Source: Vermamoeba vermiformis
Taxonomy: Eukaryota
DNA: 64,000 nt
NCBI GenBank assembly: GCA_045837725.1
Contig: JBEWZL010000098.1
Location: forward strand, 248,001-312,000
Direction: 5' to 3'
Below, in pieces: positions 51,405-62,681 of this stretch. Each line of letters opens with the position of its first letter. The stretch's first letter is position 1. The notes beneath the pieces were generated by a model. The model saw only the letters and a list, made by a program, of their open reading frames with translations. It was not told the origin of the DNA and ran no database searches. The translations under genes were made by a program, and so were the position numbers.

Positions 51405-54215
51405 ATGCTTCGAATATGTATATTTAGTTTATTTTTGTTATGTTTAGGGCTAAACGCTCGAGCGGACACGATCAACATTCTTATGATTGAGTTCCAACTC
51501 CCCTTAGTAAATATACATGTAGCAGGGTACGAAGCACTAACTGGAAATAAGGTAAATTTCGGGTTTAAAATATGGAGCACGCGAAAGCAATATTTAATTT
51601 ATAATTTTTAATAGGTCAATTTGATAACCTTGACTTCTTATGCGGATTTGCGGGAGCATATTCTCGCTGACCTTAGACAAGGCTCACCTTTTTATGACGC
51701 ATTTATATTTTTCGGCCAACTGAAGAGCGAGCTCATTTTGTGTTCGGATTGCGATCCAGAACAACGACCTCTGATTGCACCACTGACTGAACTGATCAGA
51801 AATGATCCTGCACTTCAATGGAATGATGTTGCAGTGTTTCAACGCACGACAAACAGCGCTTATGACGGCGACATTTATACTGTCCCTGTTGACGGAGGTA
51901 AGTCCGCGCGTAAAAAATGAATTTACGCAAGTATTAATGTGATTCTCAGACTTCCATTATATGTTCTATCGACAAGACGTTCTTGACAAGTTTGGTTTCG
52001 ACGTACCTCAGACATGGTAATTAATTTAAGCGTTAATGAATCGATCCCAAATTCTTTACTAAAAATAGCATAATTCAATTAGGGAGGAGTTTATCGCAGT
52101 GGCAAAGGCAATCAACGGACAAGACATTAACGGAGATGGCGTTCCAGATTACGGAGCCTGCGTTGAGAGGATGAATGTTACCGGTTGGAATCCAACGCCT
52201 TACTTCTTTTGGACGATTGCTTCGCCATTGATTCAAAGTCAAGGCACCAAACAAGGCATGTTCTTTGATGCCAAGTCCTTGGACATTATGGCCAATACAA
52301 CTGCTTTTCGCGAAGCTGCCCAAATCTACCGCGAGATCGCCAACTACGGACCTTATGGCGATGGCGGGATAATTCGCGGGGCATGGAACGAAGGACGATG
52401 TGCCCTCGCCATTGATTGGGGAGACATCGCGGCCAGATCTCAGCTCAACACCTCCACTGTCGCCAATGTGACAGGCATGTCGCTTGCGCCTGGTTCGCGA
52501 AACGTATTCAATAGAGAAACAAAACAAATGGAACAATGCACGAGCACACTGTGTCCACTGATGGATGCGAATGGAGTGAATCGTGCACCATTTGCAGCAA
52601 CACTTGGATGGACAACAGCAGTGTCACGCTTCATTCCTTACTCGCGACGTCAAGCTGCCTATGACTTCTTGTCGTACGTCAGTCAGTCGGCACAAAGCAT
52701 CAAATCAGTGCTCGTTGGTCTTGGCTGGGACCTCGTGCGTGACTCACAAATGGACCCTGAAGTGTTCTTGAATGTTGGCTTCAGCAACATCACGGCCACA
52801 ACCTTTGTGAGTGCCAGCAAAGGTGCTCAAAATCATCTCAATGCCGTGGTGGACTTGCCCCTCGAGAAGTACGGCGACTACGTGGACACGTTTGGAGTGA
52901 AGTTGTCACAGTATCTCGCCGATGAGATCTCACTCGACGAGCTCCAGTCGTCTGTTGTGGCCTCGTGGGACATGCTCCTCGACAAGTACGGTCGACACGA
53001 ACAACACACAGCCTATGCGCTGTTCATTGGTGCTCAACGACCCGTGTTTGACTATGAAGTGACACTTCCTGATGCACTTCGCATTGCCTTCATTGTCATC
53101 TCTGGCTTCTGCATCTTGATTGCTCTTGGCCTCGTTGTGTTTGTTGTTATTCACCGAAACAAGAAGGTACGTGTTGACGAGTACTTTGACAGGTCTTGAC
53201 ACGTGTCGCTGACCTATCCTATTGCAGATCATTCGTGGCACGAGTCCAACATTCCACTACACCACACTCGGAGGAGCAGTGCTCATCTTCTTGTCAGTGC
53301 TCTTGTTCTCCATTCCTCCGATCACGTCGGAGCTGTGCATTTCGTCCATGTGGTCGTTCGCTGTAAGTGACCTAGGCTCTGTGTTGCAGATCAAAACTAA
53401 CTTTGCACGACGACAGCTCGGTTTTGGCTTCATCTACGGCAGCATATTTGTCAAGCTCTACAGATTGTGGCGATTGTGGAGACTTTCAACGAAGAGTCTC
53501 GTTATCAAAAAGATCACCGATGCTCATTTGATGCCGTTCTTTGGTGGAATTCTCGTCGTGTACATTGCAGTTCTGATTGCATGGACCATTGTCGATCCAC
53601 CAGTTGCAGCACAGTACCGAGAGAGTCTTGGGCCTGATCAGTTCATGATGGTGTGTCAGACTGGATCGACAGGCATCATCTTGTTCGGCATCATTCTTGG
53701 CTGGTCGTGCTGTTTGTTGTTGGTCGGCATCATCTTGTCATTCTTGACTCGCAACTTGGCTGAAGCTTACAACGAATCGCGTCCCGTGTCAATGTCCGTG
53801 TACATTTACAGCTTCTCAGCAGTCATATTGATTCCCATTCTGTTCAGTAAGTCACCGTTTAATTTGACACGTGTCACGTTAATTCGACTTACCTTTTTTT
53901 GCCTCAGCTGTGCCCAATGCACTCGTGGTGTTCATTGTGACCGATGCAGTGCTCGTGTTCAGCACATTGGTGACACTGATCGCCTTGTACTTGACCAAGA
54001 TTGCGCGCATCCGCAAAGGTCTCGGCGACAAAGTATCATGGCGCCACAGCGGCTCAACAGGCATGGGCAGTGCCACGCCGAACACCTCTACCAATGACGC
54101 GGGCTCAGTGCAGCAAGCCAACGAACAGCACCGAAAACTGGAGCTCGATAATCAGCTGTTGCGCGAGAGGATCAAAGATCTCGAGAATCAACTCCGAGCT
54201 CGGCCAAAGTTCTAG
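51405..54215 (+). CDS. Class C-like 7TM receptor with solute-binding ectodomain, copy 3
   Basis: Signal peptide MLRICIFSLFLLCLGLNARA; same exon structure as copy 2; LYRLWRLWRLS duplication. Confidence 0.88.
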
Positions 54216-54405
54216 AACAATAGCGAAGTACTTCAGTTGTATATAATTGTAATCATAGTTTCGTTTGTAAATATAAACTTAATCGAAAACAGATTTCCAG
54301 CCCCGTTAGCGTCAAAAAAAATGCGCTCACCACCACGTGCAATTAACGTTTGTCACCTACGCGACTACCACTACTGTATTGTAAACATTTAGACAACCTT
54401 TCGAC

Positions 54406-54964
54406 ATGTCTTTCGTTGGATTCGGTTCAAGTAAGTTTTGGTTGGCGCCCAACGGACCTTGGATGTGATATACTCGCGTATTATTAAGCCAAGTATGTTT
54501 ATATTAATATTAAAGTAATTAGGCAAATGCGCTGTATGCAATAAAGATATTTTTAGCAAGCCTATTGCGGTAGATTCGAAGAGCTATCACCCTGACTGCT
54601 TCAAATGCACCACTTGCAACAAAAAATTGTTGCCTGGAGTAAGTACTATTATTTCTAAATATTAGAAGATTTTTAAGCGAGGAAGTTGGGCAATCCAGTA
54701 AATTTCAGAAAATCTTTGGATTTGTGACGTCACCGATGAATTGTAATACTCTTCTTTTCGCATGAAAATAATATTAAACTAAGTACTTTGTTCCCGTAAA
54801 CACAAATTGGAATTTACAGCTGCAGATCTGAACGTGTCACTAACCGTTTTCTCGTGCAGAACTACAAGAAGAATCAAAACCAATTGTACTGCGAGCACGA
54901 CTACAAAGTGCAAGTACTTAAGCACGCGGAGTCACATATGTAGTATTAATTCGCGTAGCGCTGA
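54406..54964 (+). CDS. Small single-LIM-domain protein (about 65 aa, 4 exons)
   Basis: Spliced MSFVGFGSSKCAVCNKDIFSKPIAVDSKSYHPDCFKCTTCNKKLLPGNYKKNQNQLYCEHDYKR*; missed by the ORF track. Confidence 0.85.
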
Positions 54965-55291
54965 AATGGCTCGAGCAGATTTACTTCCGGATGTCAAGTT
55001 CAGTTTTGCTTGTACTGCTACACTATAAATGCTGCAAACTTTGTATTTTAACTGTAGTAGTATGTAGTAATTCGTCATAGTGCTTATATTATTAGCGGTT
55101 TTGAAAGCAAATAGTGCCGGCGCATTCTCACAAGATCTCCATTACAGCAGGTTGTCTGTGGTTGTATTTACAAGGGAGTGTTTATTTAGTACATGAGGCC
55201 AATATAGAGGAATTTAAATACAAGAGGCCATGAATGAAGGAGCTACTTGAACTGTAAATTTCAACCTGCGGATCCAAGCTAGCGTTGCAGA

Positions 55292-55803
55292 TTAGTTGTC
55301 TGAAAGAATAAGGTTAAGGAGAAAAAAACAAATATTAATATATTGTTAGTATTATGTAACTAAGTATGAATAAGGATACAATAAAGTTCAATGCCCATTC
55401 CATCGTGAATTTCATAGTCATCCAGCGTAATGTTGTCCTTGAAAATTTGATACCATTTTTGCAGTCTAATCTTCTCAGGACGAGTTCCTATTTGTGCGGC
55501 AATAATTTTCTTCAAGTCGCCAATGGTGTCTGACGGGCTAATGAAAAGTCAAAGAAAAATATTTTAAATAAAAAATTGAATTTAAATTACAAATAATCGC
55601 CGAGTCAAATTATTAGTATATATGTATTAACACTGCCATAAATTAAAAAAATGTAGAATTATTATTAATATTCTCGGCGCTGTAAAGGTCGATCAGAAGA
55701 TTGAGAGTTCTTCGAAAGAGCTGTCTTTATCTCGTTCAAAAGGATACTTGCACTTGATGCGCACCTTCTTGCCAAGTCTGTCGTTAATAACAATTTCAAT
55801 CAT
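55292..55803 (-). CDS. UBL5: Ubiquitin-like protein 5 (Hub1)
   Basis: Spliced [73 protein letters not shown]. Confidence 0.97.
55300..55379 (-). other. U12-type GT-AG intron (UBL5 intron 2)
   Basis: 5' site GTATCCTT; branch TCCTTAAC (55313-55320) close to the CAG acceptor. Confidence 0.92.
55538..55747 (-). other. U12-type GT-AG intron (UBL5 intron 1)
   Basis: 5' site GTATCCTTT; branch-like TTCTTTGAC shortly before the TAG acceptor; splicing restores KCNPSD. Confidence 0.85.
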
Positions 55804-55972
55804 AGTTGTGGTCTATCGATCTGTAAGCGTGACGGAATGAAAAATTCAAGATCAGGTTTCATCAAAAAGTTTCGTCACTGAAAGCTCGTTTTTGAATTTA
55901 TATATTACATGGTTTCGGTATGATACAAGAGCTAATATTATTCACAAGTTGTCTTTAAGAGATCCAGATCCC

Positions 55973-58900
55973 TCAATCTTTTCTCTTTTGCAACAACGCA
56001 GTCAAGTCCCACAGTCGCAATACACCGTCTTCACCGCCACTGAACAGCATTGTCTTGTCACGTTCTTGTCGCAAACTCAACGAACCGACACGACCTCGGT
56101 GACCACGCAACTCGATGAGGCATTCTGCGTCCTGTAAAAAGAATTGCGGTTAATACCGATACATAGTTAAGTAGGCCTTGTTGGCTGTAGTATATAAATA
56201 TGGTACCTTAATGTCCCAGACTCTAATGCTCGAGTCTTCAGAGCCTGAAAACAAGTGGTGCGACGTAAATTGCAGCGAAGTGACACGACTTCTGTGACCT
56301 TGATAGGCCGATACAACTGCACCAGACTATAAAAATAGCATTAAGAACAATAGTAATGCATAAACTCCACATTATTAATCTTACTTTGAGTTTGAATGCG
56401 ACGAGACTTGGATCGTTCTCGGAAATGACAAAAACAATGCCGTTGTCTGACATATTGTTGAAGCCCAAGCGGAAACACTCGGGCATGGCTGTGATCGACT
56501 TGCGGTGATATTCTTCGAGACACTCGCCAGTCTAAATAACAACAGTTAGTGCGACTGTCCAATGAGCCCTGAGTGCTCAAACTTACAGAGATGTCCCAGG
56601 CACGCACAGACTCGTCAGTGGATGAAGAGTAGAGCGCGTGATTGTACTCGGTGAGGCCCATGACGAGGCCAGTGTGGCCACTAAATGTCCTCGAAGATGA
56701 GATCACCATGAATGCGCGATTCGGGTCGTAGCTGGCAAGTGGTGACGGAGCCCACGGCGAGTTTGGAGGACTAGATATAGACGTGCTTGAGCTCAGCATG
56801 CTGAAGTTGGGGCTTGGCGATTGCGGGGGTGTCACGCTCGAGTTCATGGACTTGGGACTGTGCAAGCTCAAGCGAGTTAACGCTGAGACTTCTGGCGCCA
56901 ATTGCCAGCCTAACAATGCTCCATTTGCAGCTCCAGCAATGACCATCTGTAAGAATTGCGTGAGTTAGGAGTTTGACACGTCAAAAAAAAAGATGTCCAA
57001 GAAAAGTGTCACGTACCTCTTCGATGACAGCAATGCTGCTAATAGCGGCACTGTGGCCTTCTAATTTTAATGCAGAGCCGTCGGTAGTCCAAGCCCAACA
57101 ATTGCCTTCCATGTCACCGCAGAACAGACCAAAGTCGTGCACGAGAAATCGTGTGATTTGTGTGCTGTCTTCGGTCGTGAATCGATGGGCGATGGCGAGT
57201 TTCTGCAAAAGAACTGTCAGTTTCTGTGCCTTAGAAACAATGTCCCTGCGTACCTTAATGTCCCACGCGACAATCTCATTGCCGTTGATAAAATACAACA
57301 GATTGGACTTGACTTCAAGTTGTCCTGTCGGCTTGATTTTATCGATGGTCGTGAGTAGTTTGCCCGTGTCAACTTCCCACACACGAATGCAGCTAAAGTG
57401 TGACGTAAACACGTATTTTTTCTTGGCATTCACGTAATTAATTTCAACGTTTTCTGGGCTCTTTGTCGGCGGAACAAATTCTTTGCATTCACGCGAGATA
57501 GGGACCTGGTGAAATATTATTAATTCCTTAAATATATAATCGATTAATTATTAATTTCGTACCTCTATTAATTTCTTCTTTGAATTACGAGTCAAAAGAC
57601 GAGACTGTTGAACAAAAAAGTTAATTTTGGCCCAGGACACGAGTGACACCTGTCAACGTACTCGAGGACTCTTGAAATGCAATTCTAGACTCGAACTCTC
57701 ACTGTCGACGCTGTCTGAGAGGTCATTCTCGTTCACTGCAAGTTTGGTCAAGTATTTGATTTGATCCACTAACTTTATGACATTTTCACCTGTCTTCGCT
57801 GAGACCTAACGACAAGCAAGAAATTAACGCCGCGTTCGTGTGTAATTACACTGTGATTACTTACAGTGACGTGAGCACATCGTAAGCTGTAGGCCATTGC
57901 TTCAGCCTCGGCCACTTTGACCTCTTTGTTCTCGAGGTCACCTGATCATTTTATTAATTACTTCCTTTTATGGTAACCTAGCCGAGAGCCTGTATCATCG
58001 TGCATTACTTACATTTGTTCCCGACGAGGATGAGCGGTATAGACTTGGTCTGTTTGACAGCTCTCACCGCGTTGACATGTTTCGGGATCTCACGCAGAGA
58101 TTCTTTGTCATCGAATGCATAGACGAATACAAAGTACTCGGGCTCAGAATAGCACTGCAAGACAGCATATTAGCTCGCAATTAAAATTAATGATAAAATT
58201 TTCGGTGAGTGTTAACCTACCTTATAGTAGTAATAAACATCGGTGCCTGCATCAACAGAAGAAGTGTCTTGCATCTCAAGTTTCTTAGGGCCCTGAGCTG
58301 TATCAACATCGATGATGATTGATTTGCCTGTCACATATTGCAATTAAATAACGGTCGTCAAACACGTCACGTTACGAAAGGTATACAATTTAGTAAACAT
58401 TCGTAAATTGCTAATAATATCGTCTATTTCAAATAAAATATTTTTAAATATTATATTATGCACGTACGTTGTTTTGAAGGGCTAATGGCACTCGAAGAAG
58501 TGTCTGACAAGATCCGTTCCAAAAGCGCGGTTTTTCCAACCCTACTTCCGACAAAGCAGTATGACCGAGTTAAGGTTAAATAATATGTATCTTAGTAGTA
58601 ATATAAATTTGTATTAATTGCTCGCTAAACTTGTAATTTGAAAACACAAAAGTCAATCAAAAGGATATCACCACTTTAGTATCATCGCCGGCATCTCTGA
58701 TCGTAGCTATAGCTCCAAAACTAACGCCCTTGTCCTTTTCATGACGATCCTTATCCTTTTTCTTATCTTTCTTCGAGCTATCTTTGAATTTTGGGGATTC
58801 GATCCTTTCTCCAAGCAAGGATCCTCGTGAGGCACTTAATTTTAGTGATGGACGCATTGGCGAGTCGATATCTTGCTTAATATTCGAACTCGAATGACGA

Positions 58901-60264
58901 CGCACTTGCTGGCTGAAACTGAGCCGCAATTGACTTCCGTTAAGAGATGCGGGCGATCCTTTGAACGAAATGGAATCGGAATCGGGCGGATTTGATCCTG
59001 CTGAATTCGGGGCCTCGTTTGTCTCGGGATCAATGCTTTTGGAACTATTCGTCAAATCTTTTCGGTCTTTGTCTGCCTTGCCGGATTTACTTTCTTTATC
59101 CTTCGTTTTCTTATCTTTAACCTTATCCTTGCTCTTGTCTTTCGCTTTTTTCTCTTTTAAGTTGAGCCTTGGCCTTATCCTTGTCCTTTTTAGCTGATTT
59201 ATCTTTCCCCTTCTTATCAAAATCCTTCTTGCTCTTGGATGGGGTCATAAACTCTTTATCTTGTGGTGAACGAGGTGATTTCTCAGCTGTACCACTCGTA
59301 TTACTGCTGCGCGCGCTATCCAAATCGCTGTACTCATCGCTGGATGTCATAGCGCTGCTCGTGCTGTATTGTTTTTTGAATTCCGCGACGAGATCTGGAA
59401 ACAAAATCGCATCGTTAATCATGAAATTAGCTTGTAATACGATCATAATAAAGCCCGATCAATAATTAAATGATTAAAAAGACCTGATCGAGATCGTAAA
59501 TCATTATTGAATGACCTCTCTATTCTTATGGATGCAAAGTAATTAATATGATTATACGGTCACTATTAATATCGAATATGTCGCTTGGTTATCGAATTTA
59601 GACCTTTAAACTTCGGTATGTCTGCGGGTGACGTAAAACTCCTTTGGCGTGTCAATGGCCGAGGACTTGTTTTCTTCTCTTTCACCAATTTACTCACTGC
59701 GAGGGCCCTACATTACATATTAGGTCGTGGGAACATTCAAGAAAACAAGTGAATTATTCTTTTTAGTGAAACGATCTGTCTTCATTTTAAGGTAGTTAAG
59801 CCGGTAATCGTTATTCATCTGCGTAGTAACTTTATATAATACTATTATTGGCAAATTAAATCAAATAAAAACCAATAGAAATAAAAAATAATAGGTGAAT
59901 TACCCGTCAGTATCATCAGAAGAAAATCTTTTAGCTTCTCGTCGATATTGCATGGACATGCGTTGATTAGATATATTTTTGCCCATTTCGCGCGAAAGTT
60001 TCGCCACGCTGGTGCGGATTTGCAAAAGTTCTTGTTCTTGCATCTTCTTTCTCTCCAACACCACTTCAAGACATATTAATTGAGGCCTGTACCATCGCAG
60101 CTTCGAAATACTGGTATGTTGTTGTTTCGAACAAAAAATCAAGACACAAAATCCACAATCTCCAGCGAGAAACATGACACGCTCCAGATTTGGGATCTAT
60201 TTGAAAATCGAAACGTATAATCGTCGTTGCCCTTTCTACTCTCGGATTCTATGACACTCATCAT
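55973..60264 (-). CDS. Atypical Ras-like GTPase domain fused to C-terminal WD40 repeats, with a Lys/Ser-rich N-terminus; 5' start uncertain; apparent frameshift at about 59150
   Basis: KVVCFVGSRVGKTALL, EMQDTSS, FVFVYAFDDKESL, LILVGNKCDL and VSAKTGENV; WD repeats FSGHTGLVMGL...SSSTDESVRAWDI and LRGHRGRV...SGGEDGVLRLWDL. Confidence 0.8.
58559..58668 (-). other. U12-type AT-AC intron
   Basis: ATATCCTT 5' site, CCTTAAC branch (58569-58575) 8 nt before the terminal AC; removal joins TKVV|CFVGSRVGKT in frame. Confidence 0.92.
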
Positions 60265-60541
60265 GTAAGAGCGATTATTAATATGAAAGCCACTTTTAGC
60301 TCTTTCAATGGGTCCATTTTTAGTTCTCATTTAATGTTTCGAATCCGCCATTTTTCGGGCAAACCATAAATCGAGCAATACTTTAACTAGCAGTACGGAA
60401 GTATGCCATTCATTAAGCATGATTCACGCAGCGGTTGAAACAGTGCTGATTTGTCTAAATTTGGAAAATATACGATAGATCCGCCATCGAAGATATTTTA
60501 ATACTATATTACAAGTAATTATATAACTTACATGATTCGAA

Positions 60542-62404
60542 TTAATTCCGACTAATCCTACGCAGATTCTCGCTACTCGGCGTCCACTTCTTGAAGCCCA
60601 GATCGTTCTGCAAAAAGATGACACGTGTCGCGTGCACGGCCTTGTACTGCACGTAGTTGGGCTTTTCTTGGTGCTGCAGGCCAGAGACGTAACTGTGCTC
60701 GAACTCGCGCAGCACCATGTTGTGTCGCATGAAGGACGATGCGATCATACGTTGCAGGCCGAGTGAATCTTCCCAATTGGGAATGAACACAATGAACGAC
60801 AGAGGCTCGGACTGTGCCTCACTCAGCAGCGTGTCGATGCGTTCAGCGCACTTGAGAATGACTTGCTCGACAAAGGGAGGGTTGACTTCGAACGAGCCTG
60901 AAGTCGGACGGTAATTGAAGAACGAGCCAAAAGAGCCAAAAAACACGTCGGTGTCGGAGTACGCGGAGCAATAGGAGCCATAGAAGCTGTTCAGGGGTGA
61001 TGCAAAGCACTCTGTAGTCACACCAAAGAGCTCGTTGAGTGCTGAGAACACTTTGCCTGGCAGTGCCGCATGCAGTCCTGAGCCCTTGCGCGGCAGTGAG
61101 GGTGACATGCACATCTCGTAGCGCAACAACATGGCGAAGAGACAGCCTGGCACGACGTCACTGTGTTCACCGCAAGTCCTCCTGAACAGCGCCTTGAGCT
61201 TGTTGTAGTGCTCGACCTGCACGACGACTTTTTGTGTTTTGAACTCGAGTGTCAGCTCTTTGCTGCAGCGCTCAACTTTGACTTGTTTGTATTGACTAGC
61301 AACTTCTTCTTTGGTCCGCTGTTGTTCGTGCAGTTTCTTGTTGAATTGATCTGCCGCGCGCAACAGTAATTTGCACGTGAGTTCAACGCGCGAGTGCAGC
61401 TTTTTGTTCAATATTGGACACAAGGACAACTGCAGTTCTTTGATCTTGTCTACAATGCGTGTCTTCTCGTCATCGTGTCTGAGAGTCTTGACCCATTGCA
61501 CTGCTTCATTGCACTGCTCGTTCACTGAATTCTTTTCATCTTCGCTCAGCTCGTAGTCGTTCGTGTCTGTGTTGTTAATCTCGCCGTTAATCTCGAATAA
61601 ATTGCTGCAATGAAACTGCGTGGCATTGATTGTGCGACAAACATCGTTGATCGGTGCTAGTGTCTTATTTGCCAATGTTATTGCCGCGCTTGTCCACGTG
61701 GTCAGTGCATCCACGCCTTCGCGCAAATTACGCGGGAACAAACTGACTTTAGTAGGCACGTCTTCGATGATCTCTTTGTACAATGACGTGCTCACACGTG
61801 GCTCTACATCAATTGGTATCACTGGATCGTGCTTTGGTTGGCCTGATGGAAGAAACAATGTCAGAAAATGGATGCGAGATCTCAATAAACAAATAAAAAT
61901 CTTACGCAAAATACGCGTAATTATTAGAGATATTAGCGTAATATTGGTGATCTGGTGCGATCTGTTATTTAGGAAAATCGGAAAAAATATTATTGAAAAT
62001 AATTGTTACGGGTCCAAAAGTTACTTTAATTGACATTACACGAAGATTCTGGCCGTACTTATCGCGTATAAAATTACAAATAAATTTAAATAATAATTAC
62101 CTGATAAATCTAAAAGCATTAGCCTTTCAGACAGCCACCGCTCAAAAGATAATTTTGGAACTGGCATATCAACGAGAACCAATAATAAATGTTCATAGAG
62201 GCCACGCAAATTACGAATATATTCAAATCGAATAAGTTCTTTGTCCAGATCCACTAATGGAGGCAAAGTCGGTGGATTTTCTTTTGTCGCTACTAACTCC
62301 TCGAGCAATGATGGTGAAAAGAGCACAATCTTGTCATTGCTCATATTACGTGGGCTCTTTTTATACGAATCATCGTGTCCATTGTGGTGCTTCCTTCTTT
62401 TCAT
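60542..62404 (-). CDS. PCIF1: mRNA cap-specific adenosine N6-methyltransferase (PCIF1/CAPAM); exact 3' end uncertain
   Basis: PKLSFERWL, HYNKLKALF, LLRYE, GLHAALP, ECFASPLN, FFGSFGSFF, GSFEVNPPF (m6A MTase motif IV) and PLSFIVFIPNW. Confidence 0.92.
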
Positions 62405-62681
62405 TGTCTGATAAAATCAAAATTTCGGTTGATTCGCATTGGATCTCACCACCAAAAAACTGCATGGCTTGAAATATTGTGCAAATCGTAGCTAGATATG
62501 ACCTATAGTATTAATACGATGAAATAGGGCATTAAAATCAAACTCCAAATGAGATCCGATTTGTTTCAGTAATTATTCCGCAAAAACGAGATCTGTAGCA
62601 ATCCAACACGCCTCGATACAATATATATATACTTTACTCGCACTTTTTGTCATACAACAATATTATTTCTTATTTATCGCA

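Larger units (their letters stand above)
781..57655. repeat. Dispersed 12-bp inverted repeat TGACA(CG/CC)TGTCA, mostly intronic
   Basis: TGACACGTGTCA starts at 4325, 17181, 19267, 27525, 35363, 38584, 49505 and 53865; TGACACCTGTCA at 781, 4465, 6605 and 57644. One-mismatch copies at 6186, 24230, 45455, 53197 and 60619. Confidence 0.9.
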
